From NCBI GenBank assembly GCA_964550285.1, contig CAZJYN010000002.1:3646-67645 (forward strand): DNA of 64,000 bases, read 5' to 3'. This document shows positions 59,851-64,000 of the stretch, piece by piece. The notes under the pieces are model-generated. The model had not been told where the DNA came from and made no database searches. It saw only the letters and a list, made by a program, of their open reading frames with translations. Numbering within the stretch: the first letter of the stretch is position 1; every line of letters starts with the position of its first letter. Source of the DNA: an uncultured Rubrivirga sp. GTDB taxonomy: Bacteria; Actinomycetota; Actinomycetes; S36-B12. A program made the position numbers and the translations under genes.

Positions 59851-62081
59851 AGCTTCTCCACCGGCGCGTAGCGCAGCAGCAGGCGCTTGGTGCCAGCCGA
59901 GCCGAAATCGATGGTGGCATCGGCCTTGTCCCCCGATCCGGACGTGCTCACCACCGTGCCTAGCCCGAACTTGCTGTGGGTCACCCGGTCGCCTGCCTCC
60001 AGCGCGACCACCGGCCCCTTCCCGACCACTCGATCGCCGAGCTTGACCGCCGCGCTCGAGGACGAGGGCGCCGAGCCGAAACCACCTGCACCGATCGGCT
60101 TGGAGACCGGCTCCTCACGGCGCCAATCGATCAATTCCTCGGGCACTTCGGACAAGAAGCGCGATGCCGGGTTGTAGGCGGGTGTCCCCCACGCCGAGCG
60201 GGTAACCGAACGCGAGACGTACAGACGTTGCCGGGCCCTGGTCAACCCCACGTAGGCGAGGCGTCTTTCCTCGGCTAGTTCGGTGGGGTCGGTCATGGAT
60301 CGGATGTGGGGGAAGATGCCGTCCTCCATCCCGGTGAGGAAGACCACCGGGAACTCCAGACCCTTCGCCGTATGCAACGTCATCAACGTGACCACTCCAC
60401 CGCCGGAGTCATCGTCGGGAATCTGATCGGAATCGGCCACCAGGGATACCTGTTCGAGGAACTCCACCAAAGTGGAACCCTCGTTCGCGGTGGCGAACTC
60501 CTGGGCGACCGATTCGAGTTCGGCGAGGTTCTCCACCCGGGTTTCATCCTGCGGATCATGCGAGGCCTGCAACTCAGCTACGTAGCCGCTTTGCTCCAAG
60601 GCGGCCTGCAACACCGTGGGGGCATCGGCACCGGACTCGGCGAGGGTGCGCAGGTCCTCCATCATGGTCACGAAGCCGCGGATCGAGTTCAACGAACGTG
60701 CTGCTAGCCCGGGCACCTCATCGGCGCGCTGCAAGGCCGCATCGAAAGTGATGCGCTCGCGTTCGGCGAAGGACTCCACTGCCGATTCGGCGCGTTCACC
60801 GATACCCCGCTTGGGGACGTTGAGGATGCGCCGCAAGGACACCTCGTCGCCGGGATTGGCGATCGCACGCAAGTACGCGAGGGCGTCGCGGACTTCGCGT
60901 CTTTCGTAGAAGCGCACGCCACCGACCACCTTGTAGGGCATCCCCATTCGGATGAAGACTTCCTCGACCGACCGAGATTGTGCGTTGGTTCGGTAGAACA
61001 CAGCGACGTCGCCGGGCCGGTAGCCGCTTTCATCGACCAGCCGGTCGATCTCCTGGCTGATGAAGGAGGCTTCGTCGTGTTCGTCGTCGGCTACGTATCC
61101 GACGATGGGTTCACCGGAGCCTTCATCGGTCCACAGCCGCTTCTCCCGCCTAGCGGAGTTGTGGGCGATGACCGCGTTCGCGGCACTGAGGATGTTCTGC
61201 GTAGACCGGTAGTTCTGCTCCAGCAAGATGGTGGTCGCGTCGGGGAAGTCACGCTCGAATTCCTCGATATTGCGGATGGTCGCGCCGCGGAAGGCGTAGA
61301 TGGACTGGTCCGCATCACCGACCACGCACAAACTCCCAGGCGACAGATCGCCATCACTGGGACCGACGATCTCCCGGATGAGGGTGTACTGGGCGTGGTT
61401 GGTGTCTTGGTATTCGTCGACGAGGACGTGCCGGAAGCGACGGCGATAGTGCTCGGCGAGATCCGGGTACAACTGGAACAGGGCGACGGTCGAGCCGATG
61501 AGGTCATCGAAGTCGAATGCCGACGCCCGGATCAATCGACGCTGGTATTCGGCGTAGGCCTCCGCGACCGTTTGCTCCATGTGATTGCCGGCCTTCGCGG
61601 CATAGGCCTCATGGTCGATGAGTTCGTTCTTGGCTGCTGAGACCTGCGCGAGGAAGGAGCGCGGGGGGTAGCGCTTGGGGTCGAGATCGAGGTCGCGGAT
61701 GACCATCTGCATCAAGCGCAGCGAATCCGCTTGGTCGTAGATGCTGAAGCTCGTCGCAATACCCAAGCGCCCGGCCTCCTTGCGCAGGATGCGCACGCAG
61801 GCACTGTGGAAAGTGGAGACCAGCATCGCCCGGGACGCGGGTCCGACCAGTTCGGCCACCCGCTCCTTCATCTCCGCGGCAGCCTTGTTCGTGAAGGTGA
61901 TCGCCAGGATCTCCCCTGCAGATGCATCGCCACTGGCCAGCAGGTGGGCGATCCGGCGGGTGAGCACCCGAGTCTTGCCCGATCCGGCGCCCGCGACGAT
62001 GAGTAACGGACCCCCGCGATGCTCCACGGCAGCCTGTTGGGACGGGTTGAGGTCGCTTACCAGGGCTGCAGGATCCATCAC
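59847..62081 (-). CDS. pcrA: ATP-dependent DNA helicase PcrA/UvrD (SF1)
   Basis: 744 aa. Motif I AGAGSGKT, motif II VDEYQDTN and a C-terminal Tudor-like tail. Confidence 0.9.
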   Translation of the reverse strand: MMDPAALVSDLNPSQQAAVEHRGGPLLIVAGAGSGKTRVLTRRIAHLLASGDASAGEILAITFTNKAAAEMKERVAELVGPASRAMLVSTFHSACVRILRKEAGRLGIATSFSIYDQADSLRLMQMVIRDLDLDPKRYPPRSFLAQVSAAKNELIDHEAYAAKAGNHMEQTVAEAYAEYQRRLIRASAFDFDDLIGSTVALFQLYPDLAEHYRRRFRHVLVDEYQDTNHAQYTLIREIVGPSDGDLSPGSLCVVGDADQSIYAFRGATIRNIEEFERDFPDATTILLEQNYRSTQNILSAANAVIAHNSARREKRLWTDEGSGEPIVGYVADDEHDEASFISQEIDRLVDESGYRPGDVAVFYRTNAQSRSVEEVFIRMGMPYKVVGGVRFYERREVRDALAYLRAIANPGDEVSLRRILNVPKRGIGERAESAVESFAERERITFDAALQRADEVPGLAARSLNSIRGFVTMMEDLRTLAESGADAPTVLQAALEQSGYVAELQASHDPQDETRVENLAELESVAQEFATANEGSTLVEFLEQVSLVADSDQIPDDDSGGGVVTLMTLHTAKGLEFPVVFLTGMEDGIFPHIRSMTDPTELAEERRLAYVGLTRARQRLYVSRSVTRSAWGTPAYNPASRFLSEVPEELIDWRREEPVSKPIGAGGFGSAPSSSSAAVKLGDRVVGKGPVVALEAGDRVTHSKFGLGTVVSTSGSGDKADATIDFGSAGTKRLLLRYAPVEKL

Positions 62082-62118
62082 CGGGGAATCCTAGGCAGCG
62101 GGTGTGACGCGAAGCTTG

Positions 62119-62979
62119 CTACTGCTTCAGGCGGACCGAGGATTGGAGTTCGTCGCCGGTGAATCCGCCGAGCACCTCGCCATCCTTGGCGTAGTAGTAC
62201 AGCGCGACGGAGTAGATGCCGCGCATAGCGTTGATGATCAACGCGCCGAGCAGGATGACCAGGAATCCGATGACAGCGGTCACTACCCCGGTAAAGGCAA
62301 CGGCGTTGGAATCGGACAGAACCAGAGCCATACCCCCGCCCATGATGATGGCTCCGGGCACGATCACCAGCAACGCCACGAGACCACCGATGCGCACACC
62401 ACCGGCCAATTGCGTCCCCCACTGCTTCTTGAACAGTCCACTCGAGGTCTTGATCGCCTGGATGGGGCTCGCCTTCTCGATCATCATCACCGGCAGCACG
62501 AAGAAGGTGATGAGTTGCCACATGACGTCGGCTGCCGCGGCGATGACGTTACGCAGCAGCACGCCGATGACGTTGCCTTGTCCGTTGCCGCGCACGAGGC
62601 CGATGAGCACCGAGACCACCGTCTGGATACCAGACCAGGCGACTAGCGGGCCGAACCGAGCGAAAGCAGCGCCCATCCCGCGGCCCACGGATGCATCCCG
62701 CCCGTGCAACTCCTCGTCCACCGACGCGACGAGCCCGGCGGCGGGGAAGGTGACGAAAGCCTGCACTCCGAATGCCAGCACGATCGCGAAGGCCAGGGCG
62801 AGCCAGTTGTTGTCCTGTTCTAGGAAGTACAGCGCGGGGACGCCCAGTAGTGCCAACGGGATGATGCTCAAGATCACGCCGATGATCGGGAAGGCGAACA
62901 GGTAGGGGTTCTCCTTGAGCACCGCCCAGGATTTTCCGGTGACGATCTTGCTCGATTGCCATGCGCCTCGCCTTGCCAT
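62119..62979 (-). CDS. integral membrane protein (DUF6159-like), function unknown
   Basis: 286 aa, about 6 TM helices. The family assignment is only a recollection. Confidence 0.5.
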   Translation of the reverse strand: MARRGAWQSSKIVTGKSWAVLKENPYLFAFPIIGVILSIIPLALLGVPALYFLEQDNNWLALAFAIVLAFGVQAFVTFPAAGLVASVDEELHGRDASVGRGMGAAFARFGPLVAWSGIQTVVSVLIGLVRGNGQGNVIGVLLRNVIAAAADVMWQLITFFVLPVMMIEKASPIQAIKTSSGLFKKQWGTQLAGGVRIGGLVALLVIVPGAIIMGGGMALVLSDSNAVAFTGVVTAVIGFLVILLGALIINAMRGIYSVALYYYAKDGEVLGGFTGDELQSSVRLKQ

Positions 62980-63003
62980 GGCGCCGATTGTAGTTGCCGG
63001 ACG

Positions 63004-64000
63004 TCAGCGTCGGACGTAACCCACGATCTTGATGTTCGCCCTCGTCTTAGCCGACGACGCCAGTGCGATGAGCCCCTTCTCGCCGATATCGGAGACCACG
63101 AGCGAGGAGTACTTGCCGTCGACGGGAATGGGCGCGGACGCAGTGCCTTGATCCGCACCCCCGACCGGGTAAGCCGCGAAGCGACCCGGTTCACCGCGAC
63201 CCTTGGTCGTCACGCGCAAGATCACGGCCGTGACTTTCTTCTTCTTCTTGGGAACCCGGCCCACGCCACGTACCTTCACGACCTTGACCTCACCGGCCTT
63301 GAACTTGCCTTTATGCAAGCCGGTGGGCGGAAGCCCCTTCGCTTTGTTCGGCTCGGCACCCACCGTGTAGCCGAGTACATCCACGCGCACCTGGACCGGG
63401 GACTTCTTCGGTGCCTTGATCTGCACGGCGCCGCCGGACACCGGGACGGTTCGCATCACCGTGCGGGCCCCGCGTTTGGGGACCTTGACCGCCGCACTGT
63501 TGGACTTCTCGGTCCCGGTGCCGATCCGCAGGCGACCCTTGCGGTCGGCTTCTCGCGTGGTGACTGCGACCAGCGCGCTCGTCGCAGCGGGATCGACGCC
63601 GTTGAGGGCGACGGTGCGGACTTCGCCGGGCTGCAGCGGCCCGAGCGAGGCCGATTCGTAGCCAAGCGTGGAGCCGATGCCGTAGAAGCCTTCCTCGGCC
63701 GCCTCCGGAGGTGCTGGCGGTGCAGGTGCCGGCTCGGCCGGTGCCGGCGCGGGTGCGGGCTCGCTGGGAACCGGCGCCGGCGCGGGTGCAGCACCTGGGA
63801 TCTCACCGCGGGCACCGGCCCAGGTCAGCGAGATGTGGATGTGGTTGCGGTGGCAGTAGTTGTCGTACTTCTTCCCCGTCTTGGAGAAGCAACCCTTGAG
63901 TTCGGTCCAGCCCCGCTCGCGGTCGTATCCGCGCCAGAAGCGGTCATGCCAGCCGATGTACATGATCCCAAGTTGCAGGGCATGGCCGTAGGGGCGTCCG
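63004..64000 (-). CDS. secreted/cell-surface protein, partial (5' end beyond window): His-rich N-domain, Pro/Ala linker, two tandem beta-type repeats
   Basis: The frame stays open upstream of the tracked ATG (own translation ...GRPYGHALQLGIMYIGWHDRFW...). YCHRNHIHISL motif, then APAPAPVPSEPAPAPAPAEPAPAPPAPPEA, then two about 95-aa repeats each ending in V/I-x-V/I-x-GY. Confidence 0.55.
   Translation of the reverse strand, partial: GRPYGHALQLGIMYIGWHDRFWRGYDRERGWTELKGCFSKTGKKYDNYCHRNHIHISLTWAGARGEIPGAAPAPAPVPSEPAPAPAPAEPAPAPPAPPEAAEEGFYGIGSTLGYESASLGPLQPGEVRTVALNGVDPAATSALVAVTTREADRKGRLRIGTGTEKSNSAAVKVPKRGARTVMRTVPVSGGAVQIKAPKKSPVQVRVDVLGYTVGAEPNKAKGLPPTGLHKGKFKAGEVKVVKVRGVGRVPKKKKKVTAVILRVTTKGRGEPGRFAAYPVGGADQGTASAPIPVDGKYSSLVVSDIGEKGLIALASSAKTRANIKIVGYVRR

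Overview
High-GC, gene-dense chromosomal segment of actinobacterial type. I count 61 protein-coding genes and see no rRNA, tRNA, CRISPR array, transposase, integrase or phage/defence gene. The backbone is conserved central metabolism: deoA and cdd nucleoside salvage, sdhCDAB, folD, mdh, icd, trpS, purN-purH, sucCD, malic enzyme and pcrA. Two junctions recall Mycobacterium gene order (cdd next to sdhCDAB; uvrD/pcrA, sucCD, perM-like, purNH). Several accessory modules sit in this backbone. (1) A BMP-type nucleoside ABC importer plus a tightly coupled string of cdd, an MTAP-like phosphorylase, an MtaD-like deaminase, a DUF985 cupin and an SDR. (2) An IclR-linked 2-oxoacid dehydrogenase E1 alpha/beta pair whose only partner is a 77-aa free-standing lipoyl domain, with no E2 catalytic domain. 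(3) A methylmalonyl-CoA mutase split into a large subunit beside sdhCDAB and a B12-binding subunit 43 kb away, directly upstream of sucCD. (4) A roughly 19-kb carbohydrate/cyclitol island (17.8-37.1 kb) with no kinase gene. It holds an orphan divergent IolE/IolD pair, four SDR or 2-hydroxyacid dehydrogenases, an SMP-30 lactonase, an HpcH aldolase, an aldehyde dehydrogenase, an atypical M24 hydrolase and a CUT2 sugar ABC importer. (5) A fused E1 alpha-beta plus E2 operon, divergent from VOC and GntR genes. The most interesting non-coding signals are: a family of about 125-nt triple-nested palindromic repeats at the only two convergent junctions that have a gap; a three-arm alternative-pairing repeat that fills the whole spacer upstream of cdd; a shared 14-bp near-palindrome at nearly the same distance upstream of two operons beside the LacI gene; a duplicated ATTGGATCCAAT palindrome in the GntR-linked divergent promoter; and a C-poor, G-run-rich tract inside the sugar-transporter operon. 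I found no obvious self-contained novel system such as a defence island. All functional calls come from reading motifs in the translations, not from database searches.
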